From Candidatus Saccharimonadota bacterium (GTDB lineage: Bacteria > Pseudomonadota > Gammaproteobacteria > Enterobacterales > Enterobacteriaceae), in NCBI RefSeq assembly GCF_023585745.1, contig NZ_CP097762.1:600001-632000 (forward strand): a stretch of 32,000 nt of DNA. The letters are read 5' to 3'. Each line of letters opens with the position of its first letter. The stretch's first letter is position 1. Positions 1-9,305 of the stretch are shown in pieces. The notes below the pieces were generated by a model, which saw nothing but the letters and a program-made list of their open reading frames with translations, was not told where the DNA came from and did no database searches. The translations under genes and the position numbers were made by a program.

Positions 1-42
1 TTCTTCTCGGTTCATATTCAGAAGATTTATTTTTGTGTTCAT
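1..42 (-). CDS. rlmN: RlmN (23S rRNA/tRNA adenine-C2 methyltransferase), first 14 codons only; the gene runs off the left edge
   Basis: A minus-strand ATG at 42..40 opens a frame to position 1: MNTKINLLNMNREE. It resembles the KINLLDLNRQQ segment near the E. coli RlmN N-terminus, and rlmN follows ndk in E. coli. Very little sequence is visible. Confidence 0.4.
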   Translation of the reverse strand, partial: MNTKINLLNMNREE

Positions 43-290
43 TAATGAGTCCCTAATTATTAATTTATTGTATATAAACATTAGCACACATACTTTATGT
101 ACTAAAGTAGCATGGTTTTATATTTTTAAAAAATATAAATTTACTTGTTATAAAAGGTTAATTCATATTAATATATGATGTGTGCTATTGATTAATTTTA
201 ATTTTTATGAACAGTTTATTTATTAATACGTAATATATATGTTTTTACAATTTGAGATATTTTAATTTAGTATAATTAAGTTGTTATTTT

Positions 291-698
291 TTAAAAAAAA
301 TAAGAAATTTCACGTATGGCGGATTTTTTAGAATCAGAACCATGAATAGCATTTTTAGTGCAATTATAGCCATAATCAGATCGGATAGTACCCGATAAAG
401 CAACAGTTGGGTCAGTAGCTCCCATGATTTCTCGATTTTTTTTTATAGCTTGATAACCCTTTAATATTTGTATAAATATAGGACCAGAAATCATAAAATT
501 TATTAATTCGTTAAAAAAGAATTTATTTTGATGTGCTGCATAAAATTCGGATGCTTGTATTGAGGTAAGTTGTAGTATTTTGGCATTTACTATCATTAAA
601 CCTGAAGTTTCCAATCTATTAATTATAGCTCCGATAACATTTTTAGCTACTGCGTCAGGTTTGATAATAGACAATGTATGTTCTGTTTTAATAGACAT
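291..698 (-). CDS. ndk: nucleoside diphosphate kinase
   Basis: 135 aa, aligns end to end with E. coli Ndk (SIIKPDAVAKNVIG, active-site His in NAIHGSDS). AGGAA Shine-Dalgarno upstream. Confidence 0.95.
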   Translation of the reverse strand: MSIKTEHTLSIIKPDAVAKNVIGAIINRLETSGLMIVNAKILQLTSIQASEFYAAHQNKFFFNELINFMISGPIFIQILKGYQAIKKNREIMGATDPTVALSGTIRSDYGYNCTKNAIHGSDSKKSAIREISYFF

Positions 699-922
699 AA
701 ATATTCCTATTGTTGATTAACATAGCGTGCAGTTTACTTGTTTAAGTTTTGTTAAATTTTAAATAAACAAAGTATTTTTATTTTTTTGATTTTTAAGATA
801 TCTGTGCTTATTAATAGTATATATCTTATGTGTTTATTTTAATTTTGTTAAAGACAAAGACTATATGTTCATTGTGTTTTGGTTATATATTCAACACTAT
901 ATATTAGTGTTGGTATTTATTA

Positions 923-2095
923 TTAATATAATATATTAGTCATTGTATTTAATTTCAATATAGTATTGATGATATGCTGAATAGCGTATTTTATCTCTGC
1001 TTCAGTAGTAAATCTACCAAAAGAAAATCGGATGGAATTATATGCAGTTTCATCTTTTTTGCCTAAAGCTTTTAATACGTGGGATGGATTTAATTCTCCA
1101 GATGCACAAGAAGCACCAGAAGATAAGGCAAAATCTTTTAATACTGTCATGAGTGTTTCTCCATCTATATTGTTAAAACTGATATTTAGTATCGTGTCAA
1201 CACTGTATTTTAGATCTCCATTAATTGATATACCTTCGATATGTTTTAGTCCTTTCCACAAATTATTTTTTAGTTTTTTTAATTGTATCATTTCGGTTGT
1301 CATTGTTTCTTGGGCTAAACGGTACGCTTCACCCATTCCAACGATTTGATGCACGGGGAGAGTTCCGGAACGTATATTATTTTCTTGACCACCTCCATGT
1401 ATTTGTGTAGTAAGATAAATTTTTGGGTCTCTATGTTTTCTAATATATAATCCACCGATTCCTTTTGGTCCATATATTTTATGGCTATTAAAAGACATTA
1501 AATCTACCGGCAGAATAGATAAATCAATGTGTAATTTCCCAACACTTTGTGTTGCATCTACGTGAAAAATTATATCATGTAGTCGACATAATTTACCAAT
1601 GCTTGCAATATCCTGTATAATGCCAATTTCGTTATTTACATGCATAATAGATACTAAAATAGTATCATCTTGTAGTAGTTTACTGATTTGATTTAAATTT
1701 ATTAATCCATTAGATTGTGGTATGATATAAGTAACTTTAAATCCGTTGCTTTCAAGGTATTTACAAGTATTTAAAACTGCTTTATGTTCTGTTGCGCTTG
1801 TAATAATATGTTTGCCTTTTTTTTGATAATTTTGACTTATTCCTTTTATAGCAAGATTTATTGACTCAGTAGCGCCAGATGTAAAAATAATTTCGCATGA
1901 CTCAGCCCCTATTAAGTTAGCGATTTGTTTGCGTGCTATATTTATTGCTGCTTCTGCTTTCCAGCCATAGTAATGGGAACGAGCCGATGGATTTCCAAAT
2001 ATTCCATCTATAGTAAGGTATTGTAGCATTTTTTTTACTACTCTAGGATCCACTGGGGTAGTAGAAGCATAATCAAAATATATTGGTAATTTCAT
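923..2095 (-). CDS. iscS: cysteine desulfurase IscS
   Basis: 390 aa; [19 protein letters not shown]..., PLP-lysine motif [14 protein letters not shown] and persulfide Cys in SSGASC. GGAG SD 9 nt upstream. About 14 aa shorter than E. coli IscS at the C-terminus. Confidence 0.9.
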   Translation of the reverse strand: MKLPIYFDYASTTPVDPRVVKKMLQYLTIDGIFGNPSARSHYYGWKAEAAINIARKQIANLIGAESCEIIFTSGATESINLAIKGISQNYQKKGKHIITSATEHKAVLNTCKYLESNGFKVTYIIPQSNGLINLNQISKLLQDDTILVSIMHVNNEIGIIQDIASIGKLCRLHDIIFHVDATQSVGKLHIDLSILPVDLMSFNSHKIYGPKGIGGLYIRKHRDPKIYLTTQIHGGGQENNIRSGTLPVHQIVGMGEAYRLAQETMTTEMIQLKKLKNNLWKGLKHIEGISINGDLKYSVDTILNISFNNIDGETLMTVLKDFALSSGASCASGELNPSHVLKALGKKDETAYNSIRFSFGRFTTEAEIKYAIQHIINTILKLNTMTNILY

Positions 2096-2138
2096 TTAAA
2101 ATACTCCAATACTAAATTTTATTGCATATAAATATGAG

Positions 2139-2175
2139 AATTTATATTTCATACACATTATATGAAATATAAATT
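2139..2175. repeat. perfect 15-bp inverted repeat with 7-nt spacer, 44 bp upstream of the iscS start; function unknown
   Basis: aatttatatttcata (2139-2153) / cacatta / tatgaaatataaatt (2161-2175), exact reverse complements. Almost pure A/T, so chance occurrence is less unlikely than in a balanced genome. Confidence 0.6.
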
Positions 2176-2708
2176 ATTTAATATATTTGATCTTGATGGA
2201 ATATGTATTAAATACATTCTATTCTATAGTATTATAATAATATTTAATTTAATAAAATTAAAAGTAATATATATTTTATTTTATGTATGTAAAACATTTA
2301 TTTTAAATGATTGATTTAATAGTCCTTTTCTATCTAAAATAAAGAATAGTATATGATTTTTGCAAGAGGTATGTAAATTGAATTTTACATTATTTTATGA
2401 TCTATAAATTAACTAACGTAGTATAAATTTATATAAGTTATGCTATGAGACTTAATTATTAATATCTTCTTTATAAGATTATTTTTTAGTTTTATTAGTG
2501 TATATGATAGTTTTTTATTTTAAAAATAAATTATATAGATTTTATCTAATGAAAATTTATTAATAAGATAAAATAATTGTAAATTATATAATGTTTAATA
2601 ATTTTATATACTAAATATTTAGTTATAAAAATAAATTTTTATGTGTGTAGTATATAATATTAATACTTGTTTTATTTATATATAGAACATTACTGGATAA
2701 AATTATTT

Positions 2709-3521
2709 ATGCATCCAATGTTGAATGTTGCGGTGCGAGCTGTAAGAAAAGCTGGCATTTTTATTATTAGACAATATGAATTATTAGATAAAAACATTAT
2801 ACGATCAGTTGATATAAGAGATTTTGTGTCACGGGTAAATTTTGAGTCAGATTCTATAATAGAAGAAATTATTCATAAGTTTTATCCATTGCATATTGTT
2901 ATTACCACTAAAAATACTCAAAATTTTAATTTTGAATTAAAATCATATCAAAAAATGCAAGATACTTTTTGGATGATTAGATCTATAGATAGTAGTATTA
3001 ATTTCATTAAGCAATTTCCTTTTTTCGCTTTGTCTATTGCGATTCAGATTAAAGGTCATGTGGAAATTGGCGTAATATATGATCCAATTCATAATGAATT
3101 ATTTAGTGCTTGTCGGGGAAGAGGAGCTTGGTTAAATGGTTATCGTATTCGTGTGAACACCACTAAAAGTTTACACAATTCTATTTTAGCGATTTCTTGT
3201 ATACTGAATAGACAGGATACAATGATTAATTTAATTAATAAATTATCTTTAAAATGTGTAAATTTTCGATATACTGGAGAAAGTATTTTAGATTTTGTGT
3301 ATGTAGCAGCGGGTCGTTTGGATGGTTGTATTGCTATTTTAGTTAAAAATATTAATAGAAACCAGAAAATTTTAGCTAGCGCTATTTTAATAATTCGTGA
3401 ATCTGGTGGTTTTATTATTGATTTTGCTGGTACTGATAATTATTTTATGTCCGGAAATGTAATTGTTGGGAACATAAAAGTTACGCGCATGATTTATGCA
3501 ATAATTCAGGAGTCTGAATAG
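2709..3521 (+). CDS. suhB: SuhB (inositol monophosphatase family; Nus-complex/ribosome-biogenesis factor) with degenerate catalytic motifs
   Basis: MHPMLNVAVRAVRKAG matches the E. coli SuhB N-terminus exactly in register, so the start is ATG 2709, not the TTG at 2667 in the ORF track. Conserved blocks: FIKQFPFFALSIA, YDPIHNELF, FRYTGESILDFVYVAAGRLDG, RESGG. Confidence 0.85.
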   Translation: MHPMLNVAVRAVRKAGIFIIRQYELLDKNIIRSVDIRDFVSRVNFESDSIIEEIIHKFYPLHIVITTKNTQNFNFELKSYQKMQDTFWMIRSIDSSINFIKQFPFFALSIAIQIKGHVEIGVIYDPIHNELFSACRGRGAWLNGYRIRVNTTKSLHNSILAISCILNRQDTMINLINKLSLKCVNFRYTGESILDFVYVAAGRLDGCIAILVKNINRNQKILASAILIIRESGGFIIDFAGTDNYFMSGNVIVGNIKVTRMIYAIIQESE

Positions 3522-3621
3522 CAGCACTTAGATATATGTTGATTATAAAACATTTCTGTAAACAAAATATGCGTGTTTCAATGAAATTAAAATGTTTTTA
3601 GAAAATATTAAAATAATATTG

Positions 3622-4878
3622 TTAATTTTTGTTAATATTAGAGTAAATAGGATATTTTTTGCAAATTGTTTCTACTTTGTTTTTAATATCTAAGATTATT
3701 TTTTTATTATAAATATTATTTAATATATCACATATCCAATGTGATAATTGTTGGATATCATTTTTATTGAAATTTCGTCTAGTTATAGCAGGTGTACCTA
3801 TACGTATACCAGATGTAAAAAAAGCGTTATTTTGATCGTCAGGTATACTGTTTTTGTTAACAATAATATTAGCTTGCTCTAAAGTATCGCTAGCATCTTT
3901 GCCGGTAATGTTTTTATTAGTTAAATTTAATAAAAATAAGTGATTATATGTTGTGTTTGATACAATAGTGAATTTACGTGATAAAAATTCTTGCACCATA
4001 GTTTTAGCATTTTTTATGATTATTTTTTGATATTCTGTAAAAGATGGATCCATTGCTTCTTTTAAAGCAGCAGCTTTTGCAGCAATAACATGCATTAAAG
4101 GTCCTCCTTGAGAACCAGGGAAAACAGCTGAATCTAATTTTTTGTATAATTCATAATCTCCACCTCTTGCTAATATTAAACCGCCTCTTGGGCCTGCTAG
4201 TGTTTTATGTGTAGTAGCGGTGACTACATGTGCATGTGATAGTGGATCAGGATATATTTTTGCTGCTACTAATCCCGCAATATGAGCCATATCGACAAAT
4301 AAATATGCATTTATAGCATCGGCTATTTGTCGCATTTTAGCCCAGTTTATAATTCCCGAATAAGAAGAAAAACCTCCTATTATCATTTTTGGTTTATTTA
4401 TTATAGCTATATCATATAATTTTTCGTAATTAATGCAGCCAGTGTATTCAACTCCATAGGATATGGAGTTATAAAATTTTCCTGAAAAATTTACTTTAGA
4501 TCCGTGAGTTAAATGTCCACCATGTGTTAAATGCATCCCTAAAATAGTATCTCCAGGATTTAATAGAGCATTGTAAACGGCAAAGTTAGCTTGCGATCCA
4601 GAATGTGGTTGTATATTTGCATAATCTGCTGAAAATAATTTTTTTGCCCGGTTAATTCCTAATTGTTCAATCATATCCATATATTCACATCCACCATAAT
4701 AACGGTTTCCAGGATAACCTTCAGCGTATTTGTTTGTTAATTGAGATCCTTGTATTTTCATAATTTGAGGGCTTGCATAGTTTTCCGATGCAATTAGTTC
4801 GATATGTTTTTCTTGTCGATTAATTTCTTGTTGTATTATTTGCCATAGTTCAAAATCATAGTTTGTATATATAGACAT
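3622..4878 (-). CDS. glyA: serine hydroxymethyltransferase
   Basis: Aligns with E. coli GlyA throughout ([13 protein letters not shown]-Lys in [12 protein letters not shown]). The second in-frame ATG (4878) is preceded by GGTGA and gives 418 aa versus about 417 in E. coli. The track start at 4890 has no SD. Confidence 0.93.
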   Translation of the reverse strand: MSIYTNYDFELWQIIQQEINRQEKHIELIASENYASPQIMKIQGSQLTNKYAEGYPGNRYYGGCEYMDMIEQLGINRAKKLFSADYANIQPHSGSQANFAVYNALLNPGDTILGMHLTHGGHLTHGSKVNFSGKFYNSISYGVEYTGCINYEKLYDIAIINKPKMIIGGFSSYSGIINWAKMRQIADAINAYLFVDMAHIAGLVAAKIYPDPLSHAHVVTATTHKTLAGPRGGLILARGGDYELYKKLDSAVFPGSQGGPLMHVIAAKAAALKEAMDPSFTEYQKIIIKNAKTMVQEFLSRKFTIVSNTTYNHLFLLNLTNKNITGKDASDTLEQANIIVNKNSIPDDQNNAFFTSGIRIGTPAITRRNFNKNDIQQLSHWICDILNNIYNKKIILDIKNKVETICKKYPIYSNINKN

Positions 4879-5227
4879 AATTATCACCATGATAAAAGTA
4901 AAGATGTTATTATAGCGTGTATATAATATTTTAGGTATTAATTATTTTAATGTGTATTAATAATGACGTGTGTTTAATAAAAATTGTATCATATAAAAAA
5001 TATATTTTTGTATAAATGAAAAATTTAAATGAAATTATATTCATGTAGGTTAGGGCTGCAGATAGAACGGTTGTTCTGTATCGATTGTATTTTATATTAA
5101 GAAATTTATTAAAATTTTTTCAATAATTATTTATTTAGTGAATATGAACAGTATTATAGATGAATTTAGTTAGTTATATGTTATATATAATTAATACGTA
5201 TGGTTTTCGTAATATAAGTTATTTGAA

Positions 5228-5254
5228 AATATGTATGTATATTACATACATATT
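5228..5254 (-). terminator. 12-bp AT-rich hairpin overlapping the tadA stop codon (possible weak intrinsic terminator)
   Basis: aatatgtatgta (5228-5239) / tat / tacatacatatt (5243-5254), perfect complement. On the minus strand it is followed by the U-rich UUCAAAU. All-A/T stem, so weak. Confidence 0.3.
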
Positions 5255-5741
5255 ATTTTTTATAGTTTTTGCGAGAATTCCGTTGACGTTTAAAAAAATA
5301 ATTTAATTGATTAGCACATTCTTGTTCTAGTATTCCGGTTGTTAAAGATATATTATGATTTTTTGTAGGATGTTGTAGCATATTTTTCAAATATGTTGTT
5401 GTATACCCAATTTTATTATTTTTTGCTCCACACACTAATCTATAAATACGAGCATGAATAATAGCACCTATACACATTATACATGGTTCTAAAGTTACGT
5501 ACAAAGTAGTATCTAATAATCTATAGTTGTTTAAAAATTTACCTCCTGTACGTAATGCTATAATCTCAGCATGAGCGCTTGGATCATTTTGGTGAATGGA
5601 AGCATTCCAGCCTAAACCTATTAATTTATTATTTTTAATAAGTACTGCTCCGACTGATATTTCTCCCATAACACTAGCGTAGTTAGCTAGTGTTATGGCA
5701 TGACGCATCCATAATATATCTATGTTCTCTATTGTATACAT
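5253..5741 (-). CDS. tadA: tRNA-specific adenosine deaminase
   Basis: 162 aa; zinc/catalytic motifs HAE (SAHAEIIALR) and PCxxC (LEPCIMC) conserved. Colinear with E. coli TadA. Confidence 0.9.
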   Translation of the reverse strand: MYTIENIDILWMRHAITLANYASVMGEISVGAVLIKNNKLIGLGWNASIHQNDPSAHAEIIALRTGGKFLNNYRLLDTTLYVTLEPCIMCIGAIIHARIYRLVCGAKNNKIGYTTTYLKNMLQHPTKNHNISLTTGILEQECANQLNYFFKRQRNSRKNYKK

Positions 5742-5816
5742 AAATTTTATATATTTAAATTTATTGCTATTGTAGTATGGCCATTTGCATGAAAAATATT
5801 ATTTCATGAGCTGTGT

Positions 5817-6200
5817 TTATCGTTCAAATATAGCCAATGCGTACGCATAGGTTTCAGTATCGGATAGAGTGATATGCATTTTTTTTAAAGATAATTTTTT
5901 TGCTAGAAGCTCAGCATATGCAAATAAATTTATTGTTGGTTTGCCAAATTGATCGTTAAAAATTTCTATTTGATTAAATGTGACGCCCTGACTTATTCCT
6001 GTGCCAAATGCTTTGGTTATTGCTTCTTTTGCGGCAAAACGCTTAGCTATAAAACGAATACGGAAAGATTTTTTTTTATTTTGATAAATCGTCCATTCTA
6101 ATTTGCTAAGAATGCGTTTAGCTAATTTATCACCACTGTAGGTTATTATGTGGTTTATTTTTTTTATATCTACTATATCTATACCAATTCCATAGATCAC
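5817..6200 (-). CDS. acpS: holo-ACP synthase
   Basis: 127 aa, [10 protein letters not shown]-terminus, FAAKEA motif. The GTG start overlaps the pdxJ stop by 4 nt (GTGA), as in a coupled pdxJ-acpS operon. Confidence 0.9.
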   Translation of the reverse strand: MIYGIGIDIVDIKKINHIITYSGDKLAKRILSKLEWTIYQNKKKSFRIRFIAKRFAAKEAITKAFGTGISQGVTFNQIEIFNDQFGKPTINLFAYAELLAKKLSLKKMHITLSDTETYAYALAIFER

Positions 6201-6937
6201 TCCTGACCTCGTCTAGAATTTTTTAATAAATTTTTCATATCTTTTATTGCTTGTGCTAATCCACAAAATACAGATTTGCTTATTATAGCATGTCCTATAT
6301 TTAGTTCTTGTATCCAAGGTAATCTAGCAATGGGTTTAACGTTATAGTAATTTAGACCATGTCCAGCGTTAACCCTTAACCCTTGTTTTACAGCATGTTG
6401 TGCGCTTGTTTTGATACGGTTTAATTCTAAGTTTTGCATTGTTTTATCAGTTGCGTTTGCGTATAAACCAGTATGTATTTCTACACAGTTTGCTCCTATT
6501 TCATGTGCAGCTTCAATTTGTTGTTCATTTGGTTCAATAAATAGTGACACTCTTATACCTGAGTTAGTAAGTTTTAATATTATATCTTTTAATTTTTTAG
6601 TATTATTGATGATATTTAATCCCCCTTCAGTTGTGAGTTCTTGTCGATTTTCTGGAACTAGGCAGCAATAATGTGGTTTCAATTCACAGGCCGCATATAC
6701 CATAGAATCAGTAGTTGTTATTTCTAAATTCATAGCTGTTTGTATGGTTTGTCGAAGTAATTTGACGTCATTGTGCGTAATATGACGGCTATCTTCTCTT
6801 AAATGAATAGTAATACTGTCTGCTCCGGCTTGTTCTGCAATAAATGCAGCATATACAGGATTGGGGTATTGTGTTCCTCTTGCGTTACGTAATGTTGCAA
6901 TATGATCAATATTTACACCTAATAGTAAATCGGACAT
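6197..6937 (-). CDS. pdxJ: pyridoxine 5'-phosphate synthase
   Basis: 246 aa; [17 protein letters not shown] and HLREDSRHI match E. coli PdxJ almost residue for residue. Confidence 0.95.
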   Translation of the reverse strand: MSDLLLGVNIDHIATLRNARGTQYPNPVYAAFIAEQAGADSITIHLREDSRHITHNDVKLLRQTIQTAMNLEITTTDSMVYAACELKPHYCCLVPENRQELTTEGGLNIINNTKKLKDIILKLTNSGIRVSLFIEPNEQQIEAAHEIGANCVEIHTGLYANATDKTMQNLELNRIKTSAQHAVKQGLRVNAGHGLNYYNVKPIARLPWIQELNIGHAIISKSVFCGLAQAIKDMKNLLKNSRRGQE

Positions 6938-6952
6938 AACATATGCTCTACA
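6938..6952 (-). repeat. copy of the shared 5' element TGTAGAGCATATGTT abutting the pdxJ ATG
   Basis: + strand aacatatgctctaca. 13/15 identical to the copy abutting the rnc ATG; contains the 10-bp palindrome AACATATGTT directly before ATGTC. TATAAT (minus strand, 6962..6957) lies 4 nt upstream of the element. Confidence 0.5.
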
Positions 6953-7463
6953 GTTTATTATATTTTATTTAAAGATAGTTATTTCTAAAAATAGAAAGAA
7001 TTTTATTCTATTTACTTATTTAATTTGTTTGGAATTAGACATGTAATCTCTATTACATAGAGATTAATAATTATTAAATAAAATTAAAAATTTTTCATAT
7101 TTTTAAATATAATTATAATTATTTTTAAATAATTTAGTTTAATTATTCAGATTACTATAAATATAGTAACGATTATTGTATCATATTTATATTATAAGTA
7201 TGATTTATTTTTAAAATATGGTGTATTGATTATCAGATAGTTGATAGCAGCAGGATGCTGTTATTAATTCATGGTATGATTAATTTATGTACATTTAATG
7301 AATATTAATATATAAGTTTATATGCAGTATATCAGACTCATGTGGTAATTTAATATTGATAAATTATTTATATTTTTATTTATAAATAAAAACTACTTAT
7401 TAGTTATAAGCAGTAAATATTTAGATAATTTTAAATATTTTTTGTTAAATAGATTTAAATGAA

Positions 7464-8159
7464 TTATTTATTTATATGATATGAATTTGTGATTTTTAGT
7501 ATTTCTAAAATTTTTTTTGCTGAATTTTGTTCAGCCTTACGTCTGCTGGAGCCGTATCCAGTGACTGGATACGGTAGTTTACTAATATAACAATTAATAG
7601 AAAATATTTGGTTATGTGCTTCTCCAATAATTTGATTTAATTTATATATAGGTAAAGATAGATGATAATATTGTAGATATTCTTGTAATAGTGTTTTTGG
7701 ATCTTTTTGTTTATTGTTATGTGGATCTATTTGATTTAATCGGGTTTTGTACCAATGAGAAATTAAAATTGCAATAGTTTTTATATCACTGTCTAGTAGT
7801 ATACTACCTATGAGTGCTTCTATTGCATTAGCTAAAATAGAGTCGCGTTGGTATCCTCCGTTTTTTAATTCACCTGATCCTAGTTGTAAATAATTGCTTA
7901 AATTAAATTCTCGTGCTATTTGCGCTAAGGTATGTTTACAAACTAAATTAGCACGCATTCTACTCATACGTCCTTCAGTGACATTTGGAAATTGGTGATA
8001 TAGAGTATTAGTGATTACGTAATTTAATATAGAATCTCCTAAGAATTCTAATCGTTCATTATGTTGAGAACTGTAACTTCTATGAGTAAGTGCTTGCAAC
8101 AATAAATTATTTTTACTAAAAGTATAACCGAGTTTCTTTTGAAGAGTATTTAGTGACAT
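7464..8159 (-). CDS. rnc: ribonuclease III
   Basis: 231 aa; signature [11 protein letters not shown] and a C-terminal dsRBD ([12 protein letters not shown]). Aligns with E. coli RNase III offset by -3 residues. Confidence 0.95.
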   Translation of the reverse strand: MSLNTLQKKLGYTFSKNNLLLQALTHRSYSSQHNERLEFLGDSILNYVITNTLYHQFPNVTEGRMSRMRANLVCKHTLAQIAREFNLSNYLQLGSGELKNGGYQRDSILANAIEALIGSILLDSDIKTIAILISHWYKTRLNQIDPHNNKQKDPKTLLQEYLQYYHLSLPIYKLNQIIGEAHNQIFSINCYISKLPYPVTGYGSSRRKAEQNSAKKILEILKITNSYHINK

Positions 8160-8174
8160 AACATATGTTCTATA
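8160..8174 (-). repeat. copy of the shared 5' element TATAGAACATATGTT abutting the rnc ATG
   Basis: + strand aacatatgttctata immediately follows the rnc start codon complement (8157-8159). Confidence 0.5.
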
Positions 8175-8288
8175 TTGAATATAATTAATATAATATTAAT
8201 TATTCTAATAATTTAGATTTGTTAAAATTTTTGAAAATTAAATGTTTATTCAAGGTATAAAATTTTATTTAACATGAACTGTGTTAAA

Positions 8289-9287
8289 TTATAGGATGTA
8301 TCCTATTCTGTGTATTTGAATGTTAAATGGCCATGTTTTTTCTGACTGTATAGTAATATTCATCCAGATTATTGATGCTTTTCCTATTATATTATGTATT
8401 GGAACAAATCCCCAACATCGACTGTCTGAGCTGTTGTCTCTGTTATCTCCCATAACAAAATATTGTTTTTCTGGAACTATCCACTCAGATATTAAATGTG
8501 ACTTGTTTTGGTTATAGATTTTTGCTGAGTTTTTATCTCCTGGAGGTATCATGGTTAAAATATTATACTTAACATCATTAAGTGATTCTGTGCTTTGTAT
8601 TAGTCTAATACCGTTTGGATATTTTTTTTGTGAGTTTTTTATAGAAACGAAATTAGTTTTAATTTTTCCATTGTCATTTGTATGGAATGTTTGAACAAAA
8701 TTGCTTGAGACAATGTTACTGTAAATAATAGGTAGTGGATTTTTTAAATTTTCTACAGAATTAGTTTTTTGAGTTTCTTTAAAACAGGGGTATATTATAA
8801 GTTGTTTAGTAATTACATTGTAAATTACTTTATCTCCTGGATTTCCAATAACTCGTTTAATATAGTGTAATGTAGGATTATTAGGATATTTAAATACTAT
8901 TATATCCCCTCGTTTGGGGGAGCTGACATTAATGAGTGTTTTATGTGTGATTGGGTTTTTAATGTTGTACACAAATTTTTTTACTAAGATAAAATCTCCT
9001 ATTAGTAAAGTTGGCATCATAGATCCAGATGGTATTCGGAATGGTTCGAATATGAATGATCTTATTATAAATACTGTTAATAACATTGGAAATATGGAAG
9101 AGAAAAATGCTGTAATATGTGTGACGTATGTTTTGATTAGAATAAGACATCTGTTTTTTTTGAGTGTTTTGAAAGGAAGTTCTTTATATTGAGTTTTATT
9201 GTAAAAGATTTTATATAATATTTTTGCAAACCAAAAAATACCTGATATTCCTGTGAATGTAGCTAATATGCAGACAAATGTATTCAT
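8289..9287 (-). CDS. lepB: signal peptidase I
   Basis: 332 aa; catalytic Ser box IPSGSMMPTL, Lys box YIKRVIGNPGDKV and GDNRDNSSDSRCWGFVP. Confidence 0.95.
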   Translation of the reverse strand: MNTFVCILATFTGISGIFWFAKILYKIFYNKTQYKELPFKTLKKNRCLILIKTYVTHITAFFSSIFPMLLTVFIIRSFIFEPFRIPSGSMMPTLLIGDFILVKKFVYNIKNPITHKTLINVSSPKRGDIIVFKYPNNPTLHYIKRVIGNPGDKVIYNVITKQLIIYPCFKETQKTNSVENLKNPLPIIYSNIVSSNFVQTFHTNDNGKIKTNFVSIKNSQKKYPNGIRLIQSTESLNDVKYNILTMIPPGDKNSAKIYNQNKSHLISEWIVPEKQYFVMGDNRDNSSDSRCWGFVPIHNIIGKASIIWMNITIQSEKTWPFNIQIHRIGYIL

Positions 9288-9305
9288 TATTTAAATTAAA
9301 TTCCT

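Noticed and set aside
1032-1410. Antisense or overlapping ORFs inside long genes: 1032..1349 and 1225..1410 in iscS; 6411..6671 in pdxJ; 8320..8517, 8914..9192 and 8959..9150 in lepB; five in rpoC (26042..29690); three in rpoB (30272..31518).
   Set aside because: Each is fully embedded, on the opposite strand or in another frame, within a gene whose product aligns end to end with a known protein. The translations are low-complexity and hydrophobic, typical of shadow ORFs.
2667-2708. 14-codon N-terminal extension of suhB from a TTG start (MFYLYIEHYWIKLF).
   Set aside because: The E. coli SuhB N-terminus MHPMLN aligns exactly with the internal ATG at 2709. The extension has no counterpart.
5041-5100. 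A GC-richer patch with an imperfect hairpin (gatagaac-ggtt-gttct(gt)atc) between tadA and glyA, considered as a tRNA or sRNA remnant.
   Set aside because: There is no cloverleaf, no T-loop GTTCGAATC motif, and the stem is only 8 bp with a bulge. It could be a relic of deleted genes but is not interpretable by eye.
6938-7463. A relic era/recO coding sequence or a small RNA in the slightly GC-richer patch around 7230-7270 (gatagttgatagcagcaggatgctg).
   Set aside because: Translations in all frames showed nothing resembling Era (GRPNVGKST) or RecO. Only a 5-bp stem (cagca/tgctg) is present. This is insufficient to call anything.
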